This document shows positions 19,918-28,622 of a stretch of 64,000 nucleotides of DNA, one piece after another. The notes under the pieces were generated by a model. That model did no database searches and was not told the origin of the DNA. It worked only from the letters and a program-made list of their open reading frames with translations. Positions within the stretch are counted from its first letter, which is position 1, and every line of letters starts with the position of its first letter. Source of the DNA: Candidatus Phycocordibacter aenigmaticus (lineage in GTDB: Bacteria > Patescibacteriota > Minisyncoccia > Phycocordibacterales > Phycocordibacteraceae); assembly GCA_045401115.1 (NCBI GenBank), contig CP174359.1:355247-419246 (forward strand), read 5' to 3'. A program made the position numbers and the translations under genes.

Positions 19918-21660
19918 TTAATTTCTAAAGAATGGCCACACTGACTCAGTGTGTACGTACCAGTCCTCAATCCCGGCAAAACGGTCGCTTGGTGTCGAAA
20001 TTGCACCGATAGTAACTCCGTTTAAAGTGGGCTCATGGACGTATGTAAAATGTGGCGCGTAGAGGAATATTGCCGCTGTCTCTCGAGCAATTTCTTCAGC
20101 TGCATCTAATGCAATAGTGCGCCTATCTTCAGGGTCAAGTGTACTTCGTGCGCTTTCAAGTAATTTGTCGGCAGTAATATTTGCATATAGTGCAATATTT
20201 AAACCTGGATCATTACGTTGACTTGAATGCCAGAATGCAAATAAATCAGGTTCACGGCCAACAACAAGTCCAAAAAGAAGTGCATCGTATGAACGTGGGC
20301 GTATCACCTCTAAGTTAAGATCGTTATGGTCAAAGAATTCAAGTCGTACCTCAGCGCCCAGCTCCCGCCAGGTTTGGGCAACTGCTTCAGCAGCAGTTTT
20401 TAGTTCAGGTGCGTTGCCGGTGGTGACGGTAAAGGAGAGACGTTTTTTTTCATCGCTACCTTTTTCTAATACACCATCTTCACCTGGCTGCCAACCATAT
20501 TCTGCAAGAAGCTCACGCGCCTGAGCGATACGATCGTTTTCAGATTGTACCATCTCGTTGTCGAGTACTTCTTGAGGAGGGAGGGGGCCAGAAAGAGGTG
20601 TCCCGTAGCCATTGAGTACTGTATCGATAATCAATTGTTTGTCAAGCGCACTGTCAAGCGCAATTCGGACTATCTCATCAGTGAAAAGGTCTTGTTGATT
20701 TTGATTAAAGAATATACCGAAAACGCGCGAGAAAATTGCTTCTTTAACAACATGTTCATTCTTCACTTTCTCGTTCACATTGAAAGAAATCGAATGCGCG
20801 GCGTCTATAGTGCCATTCAATAGAGCGTCGGTGAGTGTTTGTTGGTTTGGATAAAAACGAAAGTTGAGTGTTGTGATATATGGCATGTCTGCGGTGGTAC
20901 CTGCTGCGGTAAGTCGGTACATAGAAGCGACGCCAGATGTGTTCTTTTTTATGGTATCCACACGGTACGGACCTGAGCCAACTGGGTCGGTATTAAGGTC
21001 GCTGAAAGGGAACTCTTCAGGGGTAATGTCTTCCCATAGATGTTTAGGGAGAATTCCTAGTGTGGTATTTTCCAGGAAAAGTCCATATGGTTCGCGAAGC
21101 ATAAATTGAACCGTTTTTTCATCAAGCGCTTGTACGGTGACCCCTTCCCAGTTTGCACGTCGTGGACTTTTAATATCTGGATTTTGAGCATACTGTACGG
21201 TAAATACGACATCTTCAGCATCAATAGGATGTCCATCATGAAATTTAATATCGTCTTTCATGGTGAACGTATATACCAATCCATCAGGAGATATTTCGTA
21301 ATTTGCCGCTAGATAAGGATTAAGGCTTCCATCGGAATGTGCACGCATCAGTCCTCCAAAGACTAATAACGTAATATCTTTATCGGTTTCAGATAATGAA
21401 AGAAGTGGATTAATAAATCGAGGGCTTCCAATAACTCCTTCAGTATGTGTACCGCCACGTACTGGTACTTTTTCAGAAATACCACTACTGGCACCAGCAA
21501 ATAATATACCAGCGCCAAGTATGGTTATAAAAAAGAATATACCAACAATAAACCAATCAGATGGTTTTAAAATGGCAACTATACGTTGTTCGGCACGATG
21601 TATTCCGCCAAGTGTATAGTTTTTATTACAAAAACGTAGTAATTCAGAGAAGAGTTTCAT
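19918..21660 (-). CDS. ABC transporter substrate-binding protein, family 5 (oligopeptide/dipeptide-binding), membrane anchored
   Basis: SBP_bac_5-like core (DGHPIDAEDVVFT), N-terminal TM anchor. Confidence 0.8.
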   Translation of the reverse strand: MKLFSELLRFCNKNYTLGGIHRAEQRIVAILKPSDWFIVGIFFFITILGAGILFAGASSGISEKVPVRGGTHTEGVIGSPRFINPLLSLSETDKDITLLVFGGLMRAHSDGSLNPYLAANYEISPDGLVYTFTMKDDIKFHDGHPIDAEDVVFTVQYAQNPDIKSPRRANWEGVTVQALDEKTVQFMLREPYGLFLENTTLGILPKHLWEDITPEEFPFSDLNTDPVGSGPYRVDTIKKNTSGVASMYRLTAAGTTADMPYITTLNFRFYPNQQTLTDALLNGTIDAAHSISFNVNEKVKNEHVVKEAIFSRVFGIFFNQNQQDLFTDEIVRIALDSALDKQLIIDTVLNGYGTPLSGPLPPQEVLDNEMVQSENDRIAQARELLAEYGWQPGEDGVLEKGSDEKKRLSFTVTTGNAPELKTAAEAVAQTWRELGAEVRLEFFDHNDLNLEVIRPRSYDALLFGLVVGREPDLFAFWHSSQRNDPGLNIALYANITADKLLESARSTLDPEDRRTIALDAAEEIARETAAIFLYAPHFTYVHEPTLNGVTIGAISTPSDRFAGIEDWYVHTESVWPFFRN

Positions 21661-21724
21661 CTGCTTTCTCTCAGTGAGATGGGGCGTAATGTATATAACG
21701 TGTGTGGCCCTTAATAACTAATTA

Positions 21725-21955
21725 TTAAATAACCAATGCAATGATTGCAGTGAGAGCAAATAATACTGCTACGGCAATAGTGCCTTGAAAGAGTAGTTTT
21801 TCTGCGCCACGACGAGTTGCGTATGTTTGGTTTACTTCACCACCACCAAAAGCACCACCAAGACCCGCTCCACGTTGTTGCAGTAAAATACCGCCGATGA
21901 GGAGGAGTGAGAGCACAATTTGTGCGATTGAGAGTAGGGTTTCAAATGAATCCAT
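21725..21955 (-). CDS. secG: Preprotein translocase subunit SecG
   Basis: LLIGGILLQQRGAGLGGAFGG signature, 2 TM; start at internal Met. Confidence 0.7.
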   Translation of the reverse strand: MDSFETLLSIAQIVLSLLLIGGILLQQRGAGLGGAFGGGEVNQTYATRRGAEKLLFQGTIAVAVLFALTAIIALVI

Positions 21956-22196
21956 AGCTGCTTCTCGTCTTACGAGGAAGCATAGCACACTCATATATAC
22001 AACGCTAGTGGGTATACGAAGTACTGTATGACTGATAGTATTCGTGCACAAGCATGAATTCTTGCGCTCTATCATCTTGGTTCGTTATAATGAGCGGCAC
22101 AGGGCACATACTTACGCGGAGATAGGTGGTAAAAAAAACGTGAGCATGTGTTCCACTACGTAACTTAATAAAGAATAATTAACAACACTATTCACT

Positions 22197-22538
22197 ATGG
22201 CAACAAAGAAAAAAGCAACAAAGAAAGATACAGGAAAAGCAGCAGTTCCGCTCAAGCCACTCAGTGATCGAGTGGTAATACGACCACTTTTACCGGAAGA
22301 AATGGGAACACAGACTGCATCGGGGATTATTATTCCTGAGACTGCGCAAGAGAAGGCGACAGAAGGGAAGGTGGTTGCGGTCGGTCCTGGTGCGTATGAT
22401 GACGGAGCATCAGTTCCTATGACCGTTGCTGTCGGTGATCGTGTTCTATTTAGTAAGTATGGAAACGAAGAAGTAAAAGTACAAGGACAAGAATATTTCA
22501 TTGTCTCTGAGTCAAATATTCTTGCAATTATTACGTAG
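22197..22538 (+). CDS. groES: Co-chaperonin GroES (Lys-rich N-terminal extension)
   Basis: PLSDRVVIRPL...GKVVAVGPG...GDRVLFSKYG. Confidence 0.9.
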   Translation: MATKKKATKKDTGKAAVPLKPLSDRVVIRPLLPEEMGTQTASGIIIPETAQEKATEGKVVAVGPGAYDDGASVPMTVAVGDRVLFSKYGNEEVKVQGQEYFIVSESNILAIIT

Positions 22539-22579
22539 TTTATAAAATAATTTACTCACCAAAATAATAAATAATCACT

Positions 22580-24235
22580 ATGGCAAAAGATATTCTTTTT
22601 GACTCTGACGCACGTGCAACAGTAAAAGCGGGCATTGATAAAGCAGCGAATGCAGTAAAAGTAACTCTCGGTCCGCGTGGACGAAACGTAATCATTGATC
22701 GTGGCTATGGCGGCCCACATATGACGAATGATGGCGTAACAATCGCGAAAGAGATTTCGTTCAAGAATAAATTTGAAAACATGGGCGCCGAAATCGTGAA
22801 AGAGGTTGCCAATAAAACAAACGATCTTGCCGGAGATGGCACCACTACGTCGGTTGTGCTTCTCCAAGCACTCGTTGACGAGGGAATGCGTCACACCGCC
22901 ATGGGGCTTTCCGCTATGGGTATTCGCGCGGGGATGGAACAGGCGTCAAAAGATGTAGTGAGTGCACTTAAAGTATCTGCGAAGAAAATTCCTGAGAATT
23001 CAAGTGAAGAGATAAAACAAGTGGCTACTATTTCAGCAGAATCTGAAGCGATTGGTGAAAAGATTGCTGAAGTGATTCAGAAGGTTGGCAAAGATGGCGT
23101 GGTGAGTGTTGACGAATCACAAGGTACTGAAATTGAAACCGAGGTCGTAGAAGGTATGGAATTTGACCGTGGTTACGTATCTGCGTACATGGTAACGAAC
23201 CCTGAGCGACTTGAAGCTGAATATAAAGATGCGGCGATTTTAATTACTGATAAAAAGATTGCGTCTGTGCAAGAGATAGTACCTCTTCTTGAAAAGGTGG
23301 CACAGTCAGGTAAGAAAGAATTAGTTATTATTGCCGACGATATTGAAGGCGAAGCGTTAACTACGTTTGTGGTAAATAAACTTCGTGGTTCATTTTCAGT
23401 GCTTGGGATAAAAGCTCCTGGATATGGTGAACGTAAAAAAGATATGTTGGCGGATATCGCAGCAACCACAGGAGGTACGGTGGTAAGTGATGATGTCGGC
23501 ATGACTCTTGATAAAGTTGAAACAAATATGCTCGGTCGTGCGCAGAAAGTAGTTGCAACAAAAGACACCACTACTATCGTAGGAGGAAAAGGAAAGAAAG
23601 CGGATCTTGAAGAGCGGGTAGCATCATTGCGTGCACAGCACAAAGCGAGCGATTCTAAGTTTGATAAAGAAAAACTGGAAGAACGTATTGCAAAACTTGC
23701 CGGTGGTGTTGCGGTGATTCGTGTGGGTGCGGCAACCGAGACTGAAATGAAATACCTTAAAGACAAAATTGATGACGCGGTTGCGGCAACTAAAGCAGCA
23801 ATTATGGAAGGTATTGTTCCTGGTGGTGGCGCAGCGCTTGTGAAAGCTGCATCAAAGGTAGCTGAAAAAATGAAGTGGGACAGTATGGATCAAGCTGAAG
23901 CGACTGGGTATCGTATTGTCCTTGAAGCGCTGAAGCAACCACTTAAGCAGATTGCGTTAAATGCAGGTAAAGAGGGTGCAGTAATTGTTGGCGACGTAAT
24001 GCGCGGTAAGGCGAACAGTGGCTATGACGCTCTTAAAGATGAGCTCGTACCTGATATGATTGCAGCAGGAATTATTGATCCGGTCCGAGTGGCTCGAGGT
24101 AGTGTTGAGCACGCTGTTTCAGCGGCAGCAATTCTTCTCACCACTGAGGCGGCAATTGCCGAAGATCCGGACGATGAGAAAGAAAGCAGCGCCGGTGCTG
24201 GCGGCGGCATGCCGGGAATGGGTATGGGAATGTAA
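22580..24235 (+). CDS. groEL: Chaperonin GroEL
   Basis: Full-length Cpn60, C-terminal GGGMPGMGMGM tail. Confidence 0.95.
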   Translation: MAKDILFDSDARATVKAGIDKAANAVKVTLGPRGRNVIIDRGYGGPHMTNDGVTIAKEISFKNKFENMGAEIVKEVANKTNDLAGDGTTTSVVLLQALVDEGMRHTAMGLSAMGIRAGMEQASKDVVSALKVSAKKIPENSSEEIKQVATISAESEAIGEKIAEVIQKVGKDGVVSVDESQGTEIETEVVEGMEFDRGYVSAYMVTNPERLEAEYKDAAILITDKKIASVQEIVPLLEKVAQSGKKELVIIADDIEGEALTTFVVNKLRGSFSVLGIKAPGYGERKKDMLADIAATTGGTVVSDDVGMTLDKVETNMLGRAQKVVATKDTTTIVGGKGKKADLEERVASLRAQHKASDSKFDKEKLEERIAKLAGGVAVIRVGAATETEMKYLKDKIDDAVAATKAAIMEGIVPGGGAALVKAASKVAEKMKWDSMDQAEATGYRIVLEALKQPLKQIALNAGKEGAVIVGDVMRGKANSGYDALKDELVPDMIAAGIIDPVRVARGSVEHAVSAAAILLTTEAAIAEDPDDEKESSAGAGGGMPGMGMGM

Positions 24236-24264
24236 TCCGTGATTATATTGCCCGTTATCTTTTT

Positions 24265-24296
24265 AATAAACGGCTCACCATAGTGAGCCGTTTATT
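24265..24296. terminator. Terminator hairpin after groEL (AAACGGCTCAC palindromic family)
   Basis: AATAAACGGCTCAC-CATA-GTGAGCCGTTTATT followed by T-run. Confidence 0.65.
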
Positions 24297-24336
24297 TTTA
24301 TTCATTTTTTTAATAGATGTTTGATATACTACAGAC

Positions 24337-24900
24337 ATGACACCTATATATATTATTCTTGCTGTTGTAGCAGTGGCACTCGGTTGGTTCATTGCTACGT
24401 ATAACGGTTTTATTCGTCTTATCAATCGAACTAAAGAGGCATGGGCTGACATTGATGTTCAGTTGAAGCGCCGGTATGACCTGATTCCAAATCTTGTGGA
24501 TACAGTAAAAGGCTATGCAACTCATGAAAAAGAAACTTTGCAAAAAGTAACTGAAGCGCGCACCAGCGCGATGAATGCAACTGGTACTGCTGAAAAGGCA
24601 CAGGCTGAAAACATGCTTTCAGACACATTAAAGAGCTTATTTGCTGTTGCAGAAAGTTATCCTGATTTAAAAGCAAATGAAAACTTTTTAGAGCTACAGC
24701 GAGAACTCTCAGATACTGAGAATAAAATTCAAGCAGCACGTCGGTTTTATAACACCAATGTGCGTGACCTTAACATTATGGTAGAGCAGTTTCCTGCAAA
24801 CATAGTTGCAGGTATCTTCAAGTTTACGCAAAATGACTTCTTTGAATTAGCTGAGGGTGAACAAGAAGCTCGAGACCCTGTTAAGGTTTCCTTTGACTAG
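24337..24900 (+). CDS. lemA: LemA family protein
   Basis: N-terminal TM, RRYDLIPNLV and NVRDLN LemA motifs. Confidence 0.85.
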   Translation: MTPIYIILAVVAVALGWFIATYNGFIRLINRTKEAWADIDVQLKRRYDLIPNLVDTVKGYATHEKETLQKVTEARTSAMNATGTAEKAQAENMLSDTLKSLFAVAESYPDLKANENFLELQRELSDTENKIQAARRFYNTNVRDLNIMVEQFPANIVAGIFKFTQNDFFELAEGEQEARDPVKVSFD

Positions 24901-24911
24901 TTACAAGTCCT

Positions 24912-25286
24912 ATGGGCCGCGTATACTACAATAAGTTAGTACGTGACAAAATAGAAGAGAAAATTCACAGCAAAGGTGAATCGTGTGAGGTGCGCAGCAT
25001 TGAAAATATTGCGGAATTTGAGCAAGAACTTCTCAAAAAAATAACTGAAGAGGCAACAGCACTATCCCGCGTGCGTTCTCGGAGCGAATTCCTCAATGAG
25101 TATGCTGACCTGATGGTAGTACTTGATACCCTTACCAGAGAGCTTGAGTTTTCTGAGGCAGATATAAAAACAGCGATTTCTGAAAACATTAAAGAAAAAG
25201 GAGGATTTTCAAAAAAACATTTTCTTATATGGTCTGAAGATGCTAATTATATGAGTAATGAGACTCCGCAAGGTATAAAAAAATAA
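24912..25286 (+). CDS. MazG-like nucleotide pyrophosphohydrolase (small all-alpha NTP-PPase)
   Basis: YNKLVRDKIEE N-terminus, EYADLMVVLDTL, C-terminal EKGGFSKKHFL. Confidence 0.5.
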   Translation: MGRVYYNKLVRDKIEEKIHSKGESCEVRSIENIAEFEQELLKKITEEATALSRVRSRSEFLNEYADLMVVLDTLTRELEFSEADIKTAISENIKEKGGFSKKHFLIWSEDANYMSNETPQGIKK

Positions 25287-25288
25287 CT

Positions 25289-26188
25289 ATGGCTTCACTC
25301 TATACAGATGCAGACAAAAATATACGTAAGACGTGGTTCTTAATGCTCACGTTCTTCTTTGTTGTGGTCGGCTTAGGTTGGGCTTTTTCATATATCTTCG
25401 AGAGTCCGCTTATTTTAATTGTTGCCGTAGTATTTTCTGTGGTGATGAACATTGGTAGTTTTTGGTATTCAGATAAACTAGCACTCGCTACCAGTGGTGC
25501 AAAGTCAGCAGATGAAAAAGAATTTCTTGAGGTGCATCGCATCCTTGAAAATTTATCTATCGCCACCGGTATTCCAAAGCCGCGTTTGTATATCATCAAT
25601 GATCCGGCACCGAACGCGTTTGCCACTGGTCGCGATTATAAACACGCAGCAATTGCTGTGACCACCGGATTGCTTTCTATGATGGAGCGCAGTGAACTCG
25701 AAGGGGTGATTGCGCATGAGCTTTCGCATATTAAAAACCGTGACACGTTGGTGATGACCGTGGTGGTAGTGCTTCTCGGTTTTGTGACACTCCTCTCTGA
25801 TTTCTTCCTCCGTAGTATGTTGTGGGGCGGTATGAGTGGAAATGGCGGGGGAGAGCGTGACGGCAGAATGCAAATGATTATGATTGTCGCTGGTTTTGTG
25901 CTCGCCATTTTCGCACCGATTGTGGCGCAGCTCATTCAATTTGCTATTTCACGTAAGCGCGAATTCTTGGCAGATGCATCTGGTGCATTGATGACGCGTT
26001 ACCCTGAGGGGCTTGCTAGTGCACTTGAAAAAATCGGTGCGTATAAAGCGCCTATGAAGCGTGCCAATCATGCCACCGCCCACCTCTTTATTGGGAATCC
26101 ATTCGGCGCAAAAGCAATGAAGGGAATGAATCGCCTGTTTTCAACGCACCCACCAGTAGAAGAACGTATCGCCGCGCTACTTAAATAA
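25289..26188 (+). CDS. htpX: Zinc metalloprotease HtpX
   Basis: HELSHIKNRD HExxH in a 4-TM M48 peptidase. Confidence 0.9.
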   Translation: MASLYTDADKNIRKTWFLMLTFFFVVVGLGWAFSYIFESPLILIVAVVFSVVMNIGSFWYSDKLALATSGAKSADEKEFLEVHRILENLSIATGIPKPRLYIINDPAPNAFATGRDYKHAAIAVTTGLLSMMERSELEGVIAHELSHIKNRDTLVMTVVVVLLGFVTLLSDFFLRSMLWGGMSGNGGGERDGRMQMIMIVAGFVLAIFAPIVAQLIQFAISRKREFLADASGALMTRYPEGLASALEKIGAYKAPMKRANHATAHLFIGNPFGAKAMKGMNRLFSTHPPVEERIAALLK

Positions 26189-26463
26189 ACACACCATCAT
26201 ACAATACAGCGGTGTTTTTTGGTTTATATATCGTTCTTAATGGTTCCTTTAAATGCCTCAGCAGCCGCCACAAAAGCGCCTTGTTGCATAAGGGCTAATT
26301 GTTTATGTGTTTTGGCTTGTTCATAATGAGCAACCGCCTGAGGATCTCGTTCTCGTGATGCCATATCTTTTGTATAAGAGAGGGTTACCTCCTCTTATAG
26401 GAAGAACCTGGTTGTGAGCAGTGAGGTTACTAATACATTTTAATTTTGTTATAAAGAGTGTCA

Positions 26464-26550
26464 CGGAGGAGTGGCTGAGTGGTCGAAGGCGCTCGCTTGG
26501 AAAGCGAGTGTGGGTTTACACCCACCGCAGGTTCGAATCCTGTCTCCTCC
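26464..26550 (+). tRNA. tRNA-Ser (anticodon GGA), class II with long variable arm
   Basis: GGAGGAG acceptor stem, anticodon loop TTGGAAA, T-arm GCAGG-TTCGAAT-CCTGT; CCA not encoded. Confidence 0.85.
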
Positions 26551-26736
26551 GCAGATGTCTAAGAAAATGCGAAAGCGTTTGATTAGAAAAAGCTGCGCAA
26601 GGAGAGAGAATTCGAACGGGAAGGGGGTCGGGGAAACGGGAGTTTCCCCGTGGCGGAATGAGGCGAAGCCGGACATAAAACCGAGGGGTTTTATGAGCGC
26701 AGCGAAGCGAGCAGTGAGATTCCTGTCTCCTCCGCA
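26551..26736 (+). mobile_element. tRNA-flanking structured element A, ending in a direct repeat of the tRNA-Ser 3' end (att-like)
   Basis: 18/19-nt copy of the tRNA 3' end at 26716-26736; GNRA hairpin 26563-26578; hairpins 26629-26650 and 26674-26695. Confidence 0.5.
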
Positions 26737-26963
26737 CTAAACAAAAGGATTGGCTTTGTGCTAGTGCTTTTGTTTTATATAAGGAGCGGCAGGATGAGAA
26801 GCAAGATGCTGGGAGCGTAAATTTTCTTGAGTGAGACGAGGTGGACAACTCTTGCTTGTGAACTCCTTTCTGACGGTGTATTTTAAAGACGGCTTGAACG
26901 GATTTCTAACCTTGTGCTACTCCTCGTGGATCGGTGTTGGTGGAGCAATAAAGCCGCTTTATT

Positions 26964-27584
26964 ATGAAAAAACGTTCAAAAAATCTCCGACACTATTTCT
27001 TAAAGGACATTAATCCTGTTATTCGTTTCTTGATAATCTCTGATACAGCGCTTGTTGGAGCAGCTGGATTACTTGCACCAATTTTTGCGCTTTTCGTCGA
27101 AGATTTCATTGTCGGCGGAAATGCTGCGGTAGCTGGTATAGCCGCGGGTGTGTATCTTTTTTCGAGAAGTATACTCCAAATCCCTATTGCACATCTTATG
27201 GATAAAATTTGCGGAGAAAGGGATGATTTTTGGTTCCTATTCTCTTTTTCAATCCTCTTTAGTGTTGTGCCACTTTTTTATCTTGTGATTCAAACTCCGC
27301 TTCAGCTGTATGGTGTCCAGTTTATTCTTGGTTTATTCACTGCGTTTACCTACCCTGCATTTATGGCAATTTTTACGCGCCATATTGACAAAGGAAGAGA
27401 AGGTACGGAGTGGGGTGTTTATTTCACTCTTACAGATGTTACAAGTGCTGCGCTCGCGGTTATCGGTGGTTATGTAGCGATATCGGCAGGATTTCCTGTT
27501 CTCATAACTATAGTCGTATCAATGTCTCTCCTTGGCGCTCTACTCTTACTCCCAATCCGACCATATATCAAACTAAAAGACTGA
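26964..27584 (+). CDS. 6-TM MFS-like membrane protein (half-size; possible truncated transporter)
   Basis: Resembles the C-terminal 6-TM half of MFS permeases; only 206 aa. Confidence 0.4.
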   Translation: MKKRSKNLRHYFLKDINPVIRFLIISDTALVGAAGLLAPIFALFVEDFIVGGNAAVAGIAAGVYLFSRSILQIPIAHLMDKICGERDDFWFLFSFSILFSVVPLFYLVIQTPLQLYGVQFILGLFTAFTYPAFMAIFTRHIDKGREGTEWGVYFTLTDVTSAALAVIGGYVAISAGFPVLITIVVSMSLLGALLLLPIRPYIKLKD

Positions 27585-27724
27585 TTACATTTTTGAATAA
27601 AAGTGCGAATATCATTCATATTGCACTGGATATTAGTTGCGTTTATTTTAAAACACGGTATTGTGTGGGCAGCTCGCTAGTTCCTCCATTATTTAGTTGG
27701 GAAAGAGATAGAGCAAGAAAGTTC

Positions 27725-28012
27725 ATGGGTAAGAAATTATTTGTCGGCAATGTGCCGTACCAGATTACTGAAGACGAACTTCGTCAGGCTTTTTCAGAAG
27801 CCGGAAACGTTGAATCAGTAGCAATTATCACCGATAAAATGACCGGTCGTCCTCGTGGCTTCGTGTTTGTTGAAATGTCAACAGACGAAGAAGCACAGAA
27901 AGCGATCGAGCTTTTGGACGGTAAAGATATGGGTGGGCGCACATTGAACGTCAACATTGCTAAGCCTCGTGAGGATAAACCTCAAGGTGATGGCTACAAC
28001 AGAGGATACTAA
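27725..28012 (+). CDS. RRM-type RNA-binding protein
   Basis: KLFVGNVPY (RNP2) and RGFVFVEM (RNP1) motifs. Confidence 0.85.
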   Translation: MGKKLFVGNVPYQITEDELRQAFSEAGNVESVAIITDKMTGRPRGFVFVEMSTDEEAQKAIELLDGKDMGGRTLNVNIAKPREDKPQGDGYNRGY

Positions 28013-28029
28013 CTTGTAATTCTCTTCAA

Positions 28030-28056
28030 AAAACCCCCGCCAAGCGGGGGTTTTTT
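28030..28056 (+). terminator. Rho-independent terminator
   Basis: AAAACCCCCGC-CAAG-CGGGGGTTTTTTG. Confidence 0.7.
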
Positions 28057-28082
28057 GTTTCCTCATGATATCGTGGTATAAT
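28055..28082 (+). promoter_or_regulatory. Sigma70-like promoter for RNase P RNA
   Basis: TTGTTT-16 nt-TATAAT. Confidence 0.4.
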
Positions 28083-28089
28083 AATTTTT

Positions 28090-28540
28090 AGCTATCTAAG
28101 AAATTAGGTAGCTTTTAAGCACCAGGTAATGGCGCCTGCGCTTGTAAAAAAGCCGGGTGAGGAAAGTCCGAACATGTATTTCAGTGTACGCTGATCTAAA
28201 AAGGTAGCGGGTAACTCCCGCACACTCCTCAAGTGAATAGGCTTCATATTATGTGAGGTATAGGAGTGAGCGTTGCGAGCAGAGACGCCGGCGGAGAAAT
28301 CCAAAGGCTCCAGCCCTCGTTTTATATTTATATAAAACGAGGGCTGGATGACACTCCTAGCAATAGGAGATTGAAACGGCTAAATACGTACTTACATGCA
28401 AGGCCGTGTCTAGTATGGGAAACCATATTTGGAAGTGCCGCATGAGGTGTTTGGCAACAAACATCCTAGATAAATCATTATCACACTATGCCAAGCATAG
28501 TGATACAGAATTCGGCTTATCGGTGCGAACTATTCACAGT
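28090..28540 (+). ncRNA. rnpB: RNase P RNA (bacterial type) with variant P4 helix
   Basis: GAGGAAAGTCCGAAC (5' P4 strand) and ACAGAATTCGGCTTATCGG (3' P4 strand) with compensatory CCGAA/TTCGG; GGTAAC motif; ORF-free 550-nt gap. Confidence 0.7.
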
Positions 28541-28622
28541 CACATGAAAACACCTCGTTTTGTAACGGGGTGTTTTCTTTTATAATGGTACAATAAAACA
28601 GTATTATCATATTTTATTTTTT

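Noticed and set aside
22076-22196. Looked for a CIRCE element (TTAGCACTC-N9-GAGTGCTAA) upstream of groES
   Set aside because: Only a partial left half-site (ATAGCACACTC) with no matching right half, so no CIRCE or HrcA operator can be claimed.
23173-23766. Antisense ORFs inside groEL, ftsA (54292-55158), ftsZ (52739-53227, 52842-53162), rnj (19278-19877, 19486-19848) and rpsA (59806-60393)
   Set aside because: Low-complexity Ser/Pro/Arg-rich translations typical of antisense strands of GC-skewed conserved genes. No independent support.
26471-26740. ORFs 26471-26740(+) and 49810-50016(+), both encoding a shared basic peptide MSKK(M/T)R(K/E)RLI... immediately after the two tRNA-Ser genes
   Set aside because: The shared region forms a GNRA-capped hairpin with compensatory base changes between the two copies. 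The frames run through the tRNA 3' end, and similarity decays after ~12 codons. So this is a structured RNA or att arm rather than a protein.
27410-27724. Upstream in-frame extension of the RRM protein ORF (starting 27410, Cys/Tyr-rich MGCLFHSYRCYKCC...)
   Set aside because: Overlaps the 3' end of the preceding membrane protein gene. The canonical RRM begins at Met 27725, preceded by a plausible spacer. The extension looks non-coding.
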